From Candidatus Thorarchaeota archaeon (lineage in GTDB: Archaea; Asgardarchaeota; Thorarchaeia; Thorarchaeales; Thorarchaeaceae), in contig JBHLRZ010000002.1 in NCBI GenBank assembly GCA_048882045.1, positions 137,986 to 201,985 of the forward strand: DNA of 64,000 bases, read 5' to 3'. The translations under genes were made by a program, and so were the position numbers. Position 1 is the stretch's first letter, and every line of letters begins with the position of its first letter. Shown here piece by piece: positions 36,754 through 46,945 of this stretch. Under the pieces are notes generated by a model. The model searched no databases and was not told the DNA's origin. It saw only the letters and a list, made by a program, of their open reading frames with translations.

Positions 36754-39120
36754 ATGCAGTCTGATAGGGTCAGGCGATTACGCAAGCAGAGTGTGGGCAC
36801 AAGACCCTACATTTCTACAGAGCGCGCTGAGCTACTGACAGATTTCTATCAGAGTGGGGGTGCGGACATGGTTTCTACACCTGTGGCTCGTGCTCTTGCA
36901 TTCAAACACCTGTTGGAGAACAAGACAATCTGCATCAACGAAGGTGAACTCATTGTTGGAGAGAGAGGTCCTGCACCGAGAGCGTCACCCACCTATCCCG
37001 AGCTGTGTTGTCACACCCTCGAAGACCTTGACATAGCAAACTCTCGTGAGAGAACACCATTTCTATTGAGTGAGGAAGCCAGGAATACATACCGCGACGA
37101 AATCATCCCGTATTGGACAGGCCGCACAATGCGTGAACGAGTATTCGAGGCTATGTCTGATGAGTGGATGGCAGCCTTCGATGCTGGTGTTTTCACGGAG
37201 TTCATGGAGCAACGAGCTCCTGGCCATGCCATCCTAGACGACAAGATATACCAAGGAGGTTTCTTGAATTTCATTGATGCTATCGAAGAACACATGTCCA
37301 GGCTCGATTTCTTCAATGACTCCAAAGCCTATGACAAGGAACAAGAACTCATAGCCATGAAGATTTCAGCTGAAGCAGTGATAGACTTCGCTAAACGTCA
37401 CGCTGAAATGGCGCACGAGCTTGCAGCAGAGGAAAAGGACAAAGACAGGAAGGAGGAACTCCTCCGCATCGCTGATGTATGCAATCATGTACCAGCAAAT
37501 GCACCACGTAACTTCTGGGAAGCTCTCCAATCCTATTGGTTTGTGCATCTGGGAGTCATTATCGAACTGAACGTCTGGGACAGTTTCAACCCTGGTAGGC
37601 TTGATCTAAACCTAATTCCATTCTATGAGAAAGAGGTTGAGAATGGAACCCTCACCAGTGACTTTGCAAAGGAACTCCTACAATGTTTTTGGATCAAGTT
37701 CAACAATCAGCCAGCACCATTGAAGGTATCAATCACTGAACAACAGAGTGGGACCTACCAGGACTTTGCCCTGATTAACACAGGGGGTCTTGACCAAGAA
37801 GGAAAAGATGCAGTCAATGAGTTGTCCTATCTCATTCTTGAAGTGTGCAACGAGATGCGGCTTATTCAGCCCAGTGTTTGCATTCAGCTGAGTACTAAGA
37901 ATCCAGAGAGTTTCCTAGAGAGCGCTGTCGATGTAGTCAAAGAAGGCTTTGGGCAACCGTCGCTATTCAATACCGATGTGATCATCAAAGAGTTTGTCCG
38001 CGCTGGGAAATCCATTGAGGATGCCCGTGCCGGAGGTCCCAGTGGTTGCGTCACAATAAGCGCATTTGGAAAAGAGAGCTGTATCCTGACTGGATATTGT
38101 AACTGGCCAAAGATACTGGAGATTGCCCTGCATAATGGAATTGATCCACATACTGGAAAAAGGGTAGGTCCAGAAACTGGTAATCCAACCGAGTTCATGT
38201 CATTCGATGACATGCTTGATGCCTACAAGAAACAGCTCGAATATTTCATTGACCTAAAGATCAAGGGCAACAACATAATTGAACGACTCTATGCGGAGTA
38301 TATGCCTGCACCCTTTATGTCACTCTTATTTGACGACTGTATCGCAAGAGGCAGAGATTACCATGACGGTGGTCCTCGATATAACTCCACATACATTCAG
38401 GGAGTTGGAATGGGTACAATCTCAGACTCGCTATCTGCTATCAAGTATCATGTCTTTGAAAAGAAGCATTTCACAATGAAAGAGCTGCTTGAGGGTCTCC
38501 GGACCGATTTCAAGGACAATGAGGTCATGAGAATGACTCTCCTCAAGAAGACGCCAAAATATGGCAATGACGACGATTTTGCAGACAAGCTAGCAAAAGA
38601 TGTCTTTGACACATACTTCGATCTCATCGACGGTCGTCCCAATACCAAGGGTGGCGAGTATCGTGTGAATCTACTCCCCACCACTGTACATGTATACTTT
38701 GGACAGATGACAGGAGCGACTCCGAATGGGAGGAATGCTGGGGCTCCCCTCTCCGATGGAATCTCTCCAAGTCACGGTGCAGACATTAATGGTCCAACTG
38801 CAGTCATCAAGTCTGTTGCTAAGATTGACCACTGGAAGACCGGAGGAACGTTGCTCAACCAGAAATTCATGCCTGAGGTCTTGGCTGATGTTGAAGGTCG
38901 AAAGAAACTTGGAGATCTCGTAAGAACATACTTCAAATTGGGTGGACATCATATTCAGTTCAATGTAGTAAGGGCTGAAACATTACGAGATGCCCAGAAG
39001 AGCCCTGAACTTTTCCAAGATCTAATTGTGCGTGTGGCAGGGTATAGTGACTACTTTGTAAACATAGGAAAGGACCTGCAGAACGAGATTATTGCACGTA
39101 CAGAGCAGCGAAGTATCTGA
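36754..39120 (+). CDS. Glycyl radical enzyme, HypD (hydroxyproline dehydratase)-like
   Basis: RVAGYS glycyl loop, EQRAPGH, ELN.WDSFNPGR, LPTT.H.YFG; Cys loop SGCVT. Confidence 0.88.
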   Translation: MQSDRVRRLRKQSVGTRPYISTERAELLTDFYQSGGADMVSTPVARALAFKHLLENKTICINEGELIVGERGPAPRASPTYPELCCHTLEDLDIANSRERTPFLLSEEARNTYRDEIIPYWTGRTMRERVFEAMSDEWMAAFDAGVFTEFMEQRAPGHAILDDKIYQGGFLNFIDAIEEHMSRLDFFNDSKAYDKEQELIAMKISAEAVIDFAKRHAEMAHELAAEEKDKDRKEELLRIADVCNHVPANAPRNFWEALQSYWFVHLGVIIELNVWDSFNPGRLDLNLIPFYEKEVENGTLTSDFAKELLQCFWIKFNNQPAPLKVSITEQQSGTYQDFALINTGGLDQEGKDAVNELSYLILEVCNEMRLIQPSVCIQLSTKNPESFLESAVDVVKEGFGQPSLFNTDVIIKEFVRAGKSIEDARAGGPSGCVTISAFGKESCILTGYCNWPKILEIALHNGIDPHTGKRVGPETGNPTEFMSFDDMLDAYKKQLEYFIDLKIKGNNIIERLYAEYMPAPFMSLLFDDCIARGRDYHDGGPRYNSTYIQGVGMGTISDSLSAIKYHVFEKKHFTMKELLEGLRTDFKDNEVMRMTLLKKTPKYGNDDDFADKLAKDVFDTYFDLIDGRPNTKGGEYRVNLLPTTVHVYFGQMTGATPNGRNAGAPLSDGISPSHGADINGPTAVIKSVAKIDHWKTGGTLLNQKFMPEVLADVEGRKKLGDLVRTYFKLGGHHIQFNVVRAETLRDAQKSPELFQDLIVRVAGYSDYFVNIGKDLQNEIIARTEQRSI

Positions 39121-39177
39121 ACAGGCTAACTTGGTCAGTAGGCAAATCTTAAAAACACACTTCGACTCGGCTCGCGG

Positions 39178-39252
39178 TGTAGTACGAATAGCCTAGTGGT
39201 GTATCTATTCGATTACATGTTGATTTCATACCACGAAGGCTGCAAAACTACA
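39178..39252 (+). promoter_or_regulatory. Long hairpin in the rpl3 operon 5' leader
   Basis: TGTAGT/ACTACA, TAGCCT/AGGCTG and GTGGTGT/ATACCAC nested stems between a CTTAAAAA box (39148) and the AGGTGA SD. Confidence 0.55.
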
Positions 39253-39263
39253 GGTGACAGAAA

Positions 39264-40271
39264 ATGGCACATAGGAAGAAGAATGCTCCTAGACGAGGTA
39301 GTCTTGCTTACTTACCACGAGGAAGAGCATCGAAATTCGTACCAAGAATCAAGAATTGGCCTTCTTATGATGGTAGTTCTCCCAAACTACTTGGTTTCGT
39401 CGGCTATAAGGCCGGAATGACCCATGCAGTGATGACTATTGAGAATCCAAATAGTCCATTCAAAGGTCAGGAAACTGTAGTTCCAGTCACAGTCATCGAC
39501 ACTCCACCGATTCGACCATTCTCTATCCGAGGATATGAGGCAACTAGCTATGGTCTGAAACTGGTCACAGAGGTGCTCGCTGAAACCTTAGCTGAGGACC
39601 TCCGAAAGGCAATGCCTTTTCCAAAAGAATACGACCATGGAGCAAAGATGAAGGAGTTCGAGGAGAAGCTGGACTCACTTGCAGAGATCCGGATGCTTAT
39701 CCACACTCAACCCCGACTTGCGGGAGTACCAAAGAAGAAGCCTGACATTACTGAGTACAAAGTAGGCGCCTCTAGTGTTGCCGAAGCTTTTGAGTATGCT
39801 AAGAACATCCTTGGCACAGACATTCGTGTTGCAGACGTCATAGATGAAGGAATCCTGGTTGACAGCATCGCAGTCACCAAAGGTCACGGATTCCAAGGTC
39901 CTGTAAGACGATGGGGAATTCGTATTCTCCAACACAAATCCCGAAAAACAAAGAGAGGTGTGGGTTGTATCGGTCCATGGACTCCTACAAACATCAGATA
40001 CTCTGTCCCTAGACCTGGACAGACTGGATTCCATACTCGAACAAGCTTCAACAACAAGGTCATGAAAATGGGAGAGCGTGGTGAGGAAATCACACCCTCT
40101 GGAGGTTTTGTGAACTACGGCGTGATACGTGGCGACTACATAATGCTTCATGGATCTGTCCCTGGTACAGTAAAGAGACCAGTGCGAATCAGATTTGCAA
40201 TCCGTCCTAGTAAGGGACACGTGGATGCACCACCCCAGGTGAGTTACATCAGCACGTCTTCAAAGCAGTAG
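39264..40271 (+). CDS. rpl3: 50S ribosomal protein L3
   Basis: PRRGSL, GYKAGMTH, TKGHGFQGPVRRWG, GQTGFHTRT. Confidence 0.98.
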   Translation: MAHRKKNAPRRGSLAYLPRGRASKFVPRIKNWPSYDGSSPKLLGFVGYKAGMTHAVMTIENPNSPFKGQETVVPVTVIDTPPIRPFSIRGYEATSYGLKLVTEVLAETLAEDLRKAMPFPKEYDHGAKMKEFEEKLDSLAEIRMLIHTQPRLAGVPKKKPDITEYKVGASSVAEAFEYAKNILGTDIRVADVIDEGILVDSIAVTKGHGFQGPVRRWGIRILQHKSRKTKRGVGCIGPWTPTNIRYSVPRPGQTGFHTRTSFNNKVMKMGERGEEITPSGGFVNYGVIRGDYIMLHGSVPGTVKRPVRIRFAIRPSKGHVDAPPQVSYISTSSKQ

Positions 40272-40285
40272 GGAGTTGAATATAC

Positions 40286-41077
40286 ATGACAGTTGTGAAA
40301 GCATTTACATTGAAGGGCAAGACAATCAAGGAGAGAGTTACACTCCCTGCCCATTTTGATACTCCCTATCGTCCAGATGTCATTAAGAGGGCAGTACTGG
40401 CGATCCAGTCACGCAGACGTCAACCACATGGTGTAGACGAGTTGGCTGGAAAACGCAACACTGCACAGAGCTGGCAGACTGGACATGGCAGATCACGAAT
40501 GCCCCGAGTGAAAGGAAGTGGTACAAGCGCAGCAAACAAGGCTGCTTTTGCACCAGGAACAGTAGGTGGTCGTCAAGCCCATCCTCCTGAAGCACGCAAG
40601 GTACTCATTGAACGCATAAACACGAAGGAAAACCGACTTGCAATTCGTTCTGCGATAGCAGCATCTGCAAACCCAGAATTTGTCAAGGCAAGAGGTCACA
40701 AGATAGACAATGTCCCACAGATCCCAATGGTCGTGAGTGACAAGTTGGAGTCTGTGACTACGACAAAAGAGGTCTTTGAAACCCTCATACTCCTCGGTTT
40801 AGGAGATGATCTTGACAGGGCCAATAACGGTCGTAACGTCAGGGCTGGCAAAGGCAAGATGCGCGGTCGGAAGATGAAGACTCCCAAATCACTGCTGATT
40901 GTAGTTGGCTCCGACTCGGGGGTTAGTAAAGCCGCTCGCAATCTTCCTGGAGTCGACATCACAGAAGTTCACAGTCTGAATGCTGAGCTTCTGGCTCCTG
41001 GAACACATCCTGGTCGCCTGGTGGTCTGGACAAGGTCCGCCATCAGCAGGCTGGAGAAGGAGAACCTGTTTGTCTGA
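40286..41077 (+). CDS. rpl4: 50S ribosomal protein L4
   Basis: RPDVIKRAV, GGRQAHPP, RAGKGKMRGR, LAPG.HPGRL. Confidence 0.98.
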   Translation: MTVVKAFTLKGKTIKERVTLPAHFDTPYRPDVIKRAVLAIQSRRRQPHGVDELAGKRNTAQSWQTGHGRSRMPRVKGSGTSAANKAAFAPGTVGGRQAHPPEARKVLIERINTKENRLAIRSAIAASANPEFVKARGHKIDNVPQIPMVVSDKLESVTTTKEVFETLILLGLGDDLDRANNGRNVRAGKGKMRGRKMKTPKSLLIVVGSDSGVSKAARNLPGVDITEVHSLNAELLAPGTHPGRLVVWTRSAISRLEKENLFV

Positions 41078-41086
41078 GGTGAGGAA

Positions 41087-41350
41087 ATGAGAGATCCGAA
41101 TGAAATCATTATCAGACCTGTCGTGACGGAAGCTAGTCTTGAGGCTGTGGATGAGGAGAACAAGCTAATCTTCTATGTGGTCCGAACAGCGAACAAGAAC
41201 ACGATCAAATGGGCGGTCGAAACACTATACGAAGTCGTTGTTGAGAAAGTCAACACTCTGATAATGCCTGATGGAAAGAAGAAAGCATTAGTCAGACTAG
41301 CACCGGAGTACAGTGCCGCAGAGGTTGCGACAAACCTCGGGATATTCTAA
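41087..41350 (+). CDS. rpl23: 50S ribosomal protein L23
   Basis: PVVTE, NKL.F.V, V.KVNTLI..G.KKA.V.L. Confidence 0.97.
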   Translation: MRDPNEIIIRPVVTEASLEAVDEENKLIFYVVRTANKNTIKWAVETLYEVVVEKVNTLIMPDGKKKALVRLAPEYSAAEVATNLGIF

Positions 41351-41362
41351 GGAGGTCTTTGA

Positions 41363-42082
41363 ATGGGTAGAAGAATTCTGGTCCAGCGTAAAGGTCGTGG
41401 GACAACTCAGTGGAGGTCTCCACGCCACAAGAAGATAGCTCCAGCAAGGCATCCCAAATGGGCACCAAATAAGACCTACGTGGGCACAATCATTAACCTG
41501 CACCATGAATCAGGCAGAGGTGCTCCTCTTGCAGAGGTACGTTACGAAGGTGAATCAAAAATCCACTTTATGGTGGCACCCGAGGGAGCTCAGGTCGGTC
41601 AGATAATCGAGTGTGGTGAAGATGCTTCACTTGCAAACGGCAACACTCTGATACTCGAGCACATTCCTGAAGGAACCCCTGTCTACAACATCGAGGGAAG
41701 TCCTGGTGACGGAGGTAAATATGTGAAATCATCTGGACTTGCAGCGACAATCGTGTCCATTGACAAGACTAAGGCAATGGTACGTCTACCAAGCGGCAGA
41801 CAGAAGGCTTTCAGTCCACGCTGTCGAGCCACAATAGGTATCGTAGCTGGTGGTGGTCGGCAGGAGAAGCCATTCTTAAAGGCTGGTGCAGTCTGGCACC
41901 ACACCCGTGGAAAGGCGCGAAAGTGGCCTGTTGTCCGAGGTGCTGCTATGAATGCTGCATCACATCCACATGGTGGTGGTTCTCACCAATCACCTGGCAG
42001 ACCAAGCACTGTCAGTAGACATGCTCCGCCCGGTCGTAAGGTGGGTAATATTGCAGCTAGGCGTACTGGTCGCAAGAAGTAG
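41363..42082 (+). CDS. rpl2: 50S ribosomal protein L2
   Basis: MGRRI..QRKG, WPVVRG.AMN...HPHGGG, PPGRKVG.IAARRTG. Confidence 0.98.
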   Translation: MGRRILVQRKGRGTTQWRSPRHKKIAPARHPKWAPNKTYVGTIINLHHESGRGAPLAEVRYEGESKIHFMVAPEGAQVGQIIECGEDASLANGNTLILEHIPEGTPVYNIEGSPGDGGKYVKSSGLAATIVSIDKTKAMVRLPSGRQKAFSPRCRATIGIVAGGGRQEKPFLKAGAVWHHTRGKARKWPVVRGAAMNAASHPHGGGSHQSPGRPSTVSRHAPPGRKVGNIAARRTGRKK

Positions 42083-42094
42083 AAAATCTAGAGC

Positions 42095-42130
42095 AGAAGA
42101 GAGTTCGCTCTCTTCTTTCCTCCTCTTTTT
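42095..42130 (+). terminator. Stem-loop plus pyrimidine tract after rpl2
   Basis: AGAAGAGAG-TTCG-CTCTCTTCT perfect 9-bp stem followed by TTCCTCCTCTTTTT. Confidence 0.7.
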
Positions 42131-42207
42131 GAGATACATGTTGACAATCGCTGGGTAATACATGGAATGATATCTCTCTATGACGCCAGTGCTATTGAGG
42201 ACTAGAC

Positions 42208-42393
42208 ATGCGTCTCATAGCGGTACACTTGCCTGAGAAAATAGTTGAAGATATTCAACGCTTGGTGGACAAAGGTCTCTATCCCAACAGATCCGAGGCT
42301 ATTCGGAATGCCATCCGAGATCTGTTGAAACGTGAGCTATGGGAGTCCAGTATGAATACAAGCGGTAGGATGAGTGAGGTCATCGGACAATGA
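42208..42393 (+). CDS. cdrS: Ribbon-helix-helix regulator, CdrS-like
   Basis: I.V.LP......I..LV..G.YPNRSEAIR.AIRDLL; overlaps the ftsZ start. Confidence 0.85.
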   Translation: MRLIAVHLPEKIVEDIQRLVDKGLYPNRSEAIRNAIRDLLKRELWESSMNTSGRMSEVIGQ

Positions 42394-43649
42394 AATCATT
42401 GATTGATGCTGCACGTGAGCATAGCCGTGGAGAGCGTATTCATTCCACTGGTCGTGACATGGGTCAAGCCCGTATCGTTGTAGTAGGTTGTGGTGGTGCT
42501 GGTAACAATACTGTAAAACGGCTAATGACAATCGGTGTACAGGGTGCAGAGTGCATTGCAATTAACACTGACCGTCAGCACCTTGCTGTCACAACCGCTC
42601 ATCGTAAACTCTTGATTGGTGAACGGATTACACGAGGCCTAGGAGCAGGTGGATATCCTCACGTTGGAAGAGCAGCTGCTGAAGAGTCAACTGGTCAATT
42701 GACTGAACTTTTGCGGGACGCTGATTTGGTCTTCATTGCTGCAGGAATGGGTGGAGGTACTGGTACAGGCAGTGCTCCTGTAGTGGCCGAGATTGCCAAG
42801 AACAGTGATGCAATCGTAGTTGGTGTCATCACCATGCCATTTAGTCTAGAGAGAACTCGAATCGACAAGGCAAAGGCTGGTCTCGCACGTCTACAAGAGA
42901 ATGTAGACACTGCAGTTGTGATTGACAACCAGAAGCTCATGGAGCTAGTTCCAGATCTACCCCTTGAGGAAGCCTTTGGTGTTGCAGATGAGGTCCTTGC
43001 AAACATGGTGAAAGGAATAACTGAAACCATTACCATGCCTAGTCTGATCAATCTTGACTATGCTGATGTTCGGTCTATCATCTGCAACGGAGGGGTCGCG
43101 TTAGTTGGACTTGGAGAGGCAACAGGTGCGGACCGTGCAAATGAGGCAATAAAGAATGCCTTGAATAGTCCGCTGCTTGAGGTTGAATGGAGCGGAGCTA
43201 CAGGTGCCTTAATCCATATCACAGGAGGTCCAGATATGAGTCTAGCAGAGTCCAACAAGGTTGGCGAGTTGGTTTCTGAGAAGATGAGCACAGAAGCCAA
43301 CGTAATCTGGGGCGCCAGAGTTGATCCAAGACTTAGTGGAGTCCTTCGAGTGATGCTCATTCTTACAGGAGTAAAGAGTCCTCAGCTGCTTCCAAGATCA
43401 AAAGAAGAGAGAAAATTCTCGACAACCACAAAGAGGCTTGCTGAGTATGGAATAATTAGTTCTCAGTCCTCCATGCTAGGATCAAAAGAGGCCAGAGCAC
43501 GTGCGTTCGGCAAGACTCCCGAAAATACAGAACGGTCTTGGGAGGATCGACTCAAACCTTTAGAGAGAACTCTTGCTCGAAAACAGCCAAAGAGCGAAGA
43601 TCTCAAGAAGAGAGAGATCGACGAACTAGGTCTTCGACGCCTCCTATAG
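42390..43649 (+). CDS. ftsZ: Cell division protein FtsZ
   Basis: [34 protein letters not shown]. Confidence 0.97.
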   Translation: MKSLIDAAREHSRGERIHSTGRDMGQARIVVVGCGGAGNNTVKRLMTIGVQGAECIAINTDRQHLAVTTAHRKLLIGERITRGLGAGGYPHVGRAAAEESTGQLTELLRDADLVFIAAGMGGGTGTGSAPVVAEIAKNSDAIVVGVITMPFSLERTRIDKAKAGLARLQENVDTAVVIDNQKLMELVPDLPLEEAFGVADEVLANMVKGITETITMPSLINLDYADVRSIICNGGVALVGLGEATGADRANEAIKNALNSPLLEVEWSGATGALIHITGGPDMSLAESNKVGELVSEKMSTEANVIWGARVDPRLSGVLRVMLILTGVKSPQLLPRSKEERKFSTTTKRLAEYGIISSQSSMLGSKEARARAFGKTPENTERSWEDRLKPLERTLARKQPKSEDLKKREIDELGLRRLL

Positions 43650-43746
43650 CTCTAGTGGGGTTATCCGTCGCAGCGAAAAACCTCGTTACACCTAATCTTG
43701 ACTCAGGTAGTGTTTCGTTCACATGCTCATATGTTCATGGTAATTA

Positions 43747-44178
43747 CTATACGAGACCGTGTTCTTTCAGCCAGTCATCTGCAATAACTGCGACTCGCTC
43801 ATAGAGAGGTCCAGTTCCTTCAATTCCATCCTTAGAGATTCTGATTTTGTTCATAACCAAGATTATCCCTGTGTCTGGATAAAATTGAACACCTCCGGGA
43901 GGAAATGTTTTCTCTAGCTCCTTGGCAAGTCCTTCTAGACTGACTTCTTTCTCAGCAACTGAGAATGAAACAATGCTATTTCCATAGATGAATATCTTTG
44001 GAATGCTTGTTTCGCCATCAGCAACAACTTCTGAGAGTACAATGCTCAAAGTGTTTTGATCAATGCCTTTCAGAGTTCCTGCATAGGTCTTACCGGTGTT
44101 AATCACCACTTCTACTGTTGCGCCAACAACTGCTGCCAATTCGCGGTTGAAGGCTCTCATCGCTGCGACATCAGACAT
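43747..44178 (-). CDS. Sm-like protein with C-terminal domain (SmAP3 type)
   Basis: Sm fold (GKTY.GTL.GID..L.IVL, IFI.G..I) plus C-terminal V....I.VMN.I.I..DG.EG.GPL.ERV domain. Confidence 0.85.
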   Translation of the reverse strand: MSDVAAMRAFNRELAAVVGATVEVVINTGKTYAGTLKGIDQNTLSIVLSEVVADGETSIPKIFIYGNSIVSFSVAEKEVSLEGLAKELEKTFPPGGVQFYPDTGIILVMNKIRISKDGIEGTGPLYERVAVIADDWLKEHGLV

Positions 44179-44340
44179 TTAGTTTCACCACTAAAGCAAT
44201 CTAATTCAGAATGGTGGGCAAAGTCAAGTCGTTTTAAAATTGGTGCTAGCACGGTCTTTCCCTTTTTTGCAATCTATTGGTGCTTAAATTGTACTTGCAG
44301 ACACTCCATCACAGTTCATACTAGAGTAGAGGCCAAATAT

Positions 44341-45276
44341 ATGGCAACAACACAAGTTCAAGAAACAACGAAGGAATCCAATATTCCTGTTTCAATAAAT
44401 ACCTGGAAATCCATTGGCCTTGTCAAGTTAGGAGGAATCATGCTATCTATTGCTGTGGTCTGGCGTATCGTGGACCAGTTCATACTTGGCCTAGGAGGTA
44501 CGTGGTTGAACATATTTCCTTCAAAGCTATTTCCGTTTCTGATAATCTTCGGGTTCTTCTGGAGGTTCAGACCAAATGATATTGGCTCTGTCCTTGGACT
44601 CTCACGTGACAATGTCAGATCCAATCTCGCATTTGGTCTGCTAGTTGGTGTCCTAATCTCAGTGGGAATTGATTTCGGAGGGACTATCATCTATGCACTC
44701 CTGATTGATTCCACATATCCAGTTCAGCTCCATATCCTCAATGAAGGACTACTCGGATACATGTTCATCTTCTTCTTGACTAATGCGTTTCTCGAAGAAA
44801 CTCTGTTTCGGGGACTTCTGATTAACGGTTTCAAAACCCGTTTTACACCCAATATGTCAATACTGCTATCCGCCATTATTTTTGGTGTGTGGCATGCTGG
44901 ATGGCCCATCATCAATGGTGGAGAGGGTGTTGTTCTTCAGGTAGCCTCAATGGTCTTCTTCACCACAATCCTCGGTATTTTCTTTGGATTATACTATTTG
45001 AAGTTCAATTCTGGACTCTCACTCGTTGGACCGATTGTTGTTCATACAATCATCAACTTCGTCAGTGAATGCTTCAAGATTGGTCCTGAACCAGTAATCC
45101 AAGGTCCTGACCTAGTTTTTGCCAATAGTGGTCTCATGTCTGCCACACTTCTGATGTTCCTCTTCACATTCATTCCCCTGAGTCTTTTGCTCTCGAGGTC
45201 CAGAATGGAACAGGTCCTCAACATGTGGCTGAAAGTAAGAGGTAAAGAAAACGAAGAAACAACTCTGAGAATATGA
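44341..45276 (+). CDS. CPBP (CAAX/Abi) intramembrane protease
   Basis: EE..FRG, FG.WH, H...N motifs; start ATG 44341. Confidence 0.88.
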   Translation: MATTQVQETTKESNIPVSINTWKSIGLVKLGGIMLSIAVVWRIVDQFILGLGGTWLNIFPSKLFPFLIIFGFFWRFRPNDIGSVLGLSRDNVRSNLAFGLLVGVLISVGIDFGGTIIYALLIDSTYPVQLHILNEGLLGYMFIFFLTNAFLEETLFRGLLINGFKTRFTPNMSILLSAIIFGVWHAGWPIINGGEGVVLQVASMVFFTTILGIFFGLYYLKFNSGLSLVGPIVVHTIINFVSECFKIGPEPVIQGPDLVFANSGLMSATLLMFLFTFIPLSLLLSRSRMEQVLNMWLKVRGKENEETTLRI

Positions 45277-45307
45277 TAATAAACAAACATAGTGAGGTTT
45301 AGAAAAA

Positions 45308-46003
45308 ATGCAAATAGGAACAGACTTGGTGGTTCTCTCGAGTATATCTACTGTATTCATTTCTGCAGTGATTGGAACATACCTAGGCCGGAAATGGTAC
45401 TTGCAACAAGTTCGGCTTCTCACAGACCTTCCCTTAGTCTTTGCAATCGCATTTGTGAGTCAAGCATTCAACATCACGATACTGACATTTCAACACATAG
45501 GACTACTAGAAGCAACCATGATATTCTTTCGAATCAGGTCAGTTACCATTGGTCTGTCAATCACCCCAATTCTTGGAGCATTACTCCAGATTTGGGCGCC
45601 TCGTATACAAAAGTATCACAACAAGCTCGTCTATCTGCTTACATTGTACTGGATATCATTAGCTCTATTCGGAACAACAGAAGAACTGATCATGATAACG
45701 ACCATTCCTGTGATGATAGTTCTGGGAATCATGATGATGTTTACCTTCATCATCACCTGGAGAACAGGGCGTCTGAAGGAGGTCCGAAGTGAACTCATGA
45801 TAGTATCCGTACTCTTCGGAATGGCCAGTCAGATACTCCGAGTGCCTCTCATGACTACATCACTCTTCTACGTGCCGGATGTGCTACTGACGATATCAAT
45901 GCTCGTCACAGCAATTGCACTCGCTAATCCCTGGTATCATAAAGAAGTTCGAATTGAGAGAGAAGAAACTCCACCAATGGTTTCTAGCTACGAATCCTAC
46001 TGA
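45308..46003 (+). CDS. Multi-pass (about 7 TM) hypothetical membrane protein
   Basis: Seven hydrophobic segments; no recognised motif. Confidence 0.75.
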   Translation: MQIGTDLVVLSSISTVFISAVIGTYLGRKWYLQQVRLLTDLPLVFAIAFVSQAFNITILTFQHIGLLEATMIFFRIRSVTIGLSITPILGALLQIWAPRIQKYHNKLVYLLTLYWISLALFGTTEELIMITTIPVMIVLGIMMMFTFIITWRTGRLKEVRSELMIVSVLFGMASQILRVPLMTTSLFYVPDVLLTISMLVTAIALANPWYHKEVRIEREETPPMVSSYESY

Positions 46004-46117
46004 ATAACTTTGAAGGGATGTACTGTCAGAATCCACTGGTGGTCATTCCTATGAGTTAGTCCTCTAGGGAATCGGTTATTAGTCTCCCATTCAGCAGCTG
46101 GACTGGGTGTCAGGCTA

Positions 46118-46945
46118 ATGGTTTCCCAGAAACACTTTGCACGGCATTATCTAAGAGAAGAAACACTCCCATCCGTCTATTGTCCAGGCTGTGGGGCAGG
46201 AGAGGTCAGTTCTGCTTTTCTGAAAGCAGTCGGAGATTTGGGCCACAAGGACTTGAGCAAGTTTGCTTTTGTATCTGGTATTGGTTGTAGTGCTTGGATC
46301 CCCTCACCACACTTCAAGGCTGACACACTTCACACTACACATGGCCGAGCCATTGCCTTCGCTACAGGTCTCAAACTGGCTCAACCAGAACTGAAGGTGG
46401 TTGTAATCAGTGGTGATGGTGACCTGGCTGCTATCGGAGGAAATCATCTCATCCATGCTGCTCGACGCAATATAGACATGACAGTCATCTGTGTGAACAA
46501 TTACATCTACGGAATGACTGGAGGACAGGTCGGTCCGACAACATTCACCGGAGACCGTACAACAACAACTCCCTACGGTAATCCAGAACGTCCATTTGAT
46601 TTAGCAAGACTGGTCACTGCGGCTGGCGCTAACTATGTAGCTAGATGGACCACTGCCCATCCTGTGCAGGCGGCTAGAGCTATTCGGACAGCTATTGAGA
46701 AGCGGGGTTTTTCTTTCATCGAAATGATATCGCAATGTCCCACAGCATATGGTCGAAGAACAAAGACTGGAGGGCCTCCAGATATGATTAAATGGTTCAA
46801 AAAACTCCCTGTCCGAAAAAAGGGGGATCCAATAGGACAGAGTGTTCCTACAAAAGAAGGCATGGACCTCGGAGTGTTTGCAGATCGAAACGAGGTTCCT
46901 TTCATTGAAACACTAGAAGCAACGTTCAGTGTAGCAAGAGAGTGA
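46118..46945 (+). CDS. korB: 2-oxoacid:ferredoxin oxidoreductase beta subunit
   Basis: CPGCG, SGIGCS, HTTHGRA, GDGD..AIGGNH, YGMTGGQ TPP motif. Confidence 0.93.
   Translation: MVSQKHFARHYLREETLPSVYCPGCGAGEVSSAFLKAVGDLGHKDLSKFAFVSGIGCSAWIPSPHFKADTLHTTHGRAIAFATGLKLAQPELKVVVISGDGDLAAIGGNHLIHAARRNIDMTVICVNNYIYGMTGGQVGPTTFTGDRTTTTPYGNPERPFDLARLVTAAGANYVARWTTAHPVQAARAIRTAIEKRGFSFIEMISQCPTAYGRRTKTGGPPDMIKWFKKLPVRKKGDPIGQSVPTKEGMDLGVFADRNEVPFIETLEATFSVARE

Noticed and set aside
43650-43746. Possible C/D sRNA between ftsZ and the Sm gene
   Set aside because: Only one CTGA and a poor C box; insufficient support.
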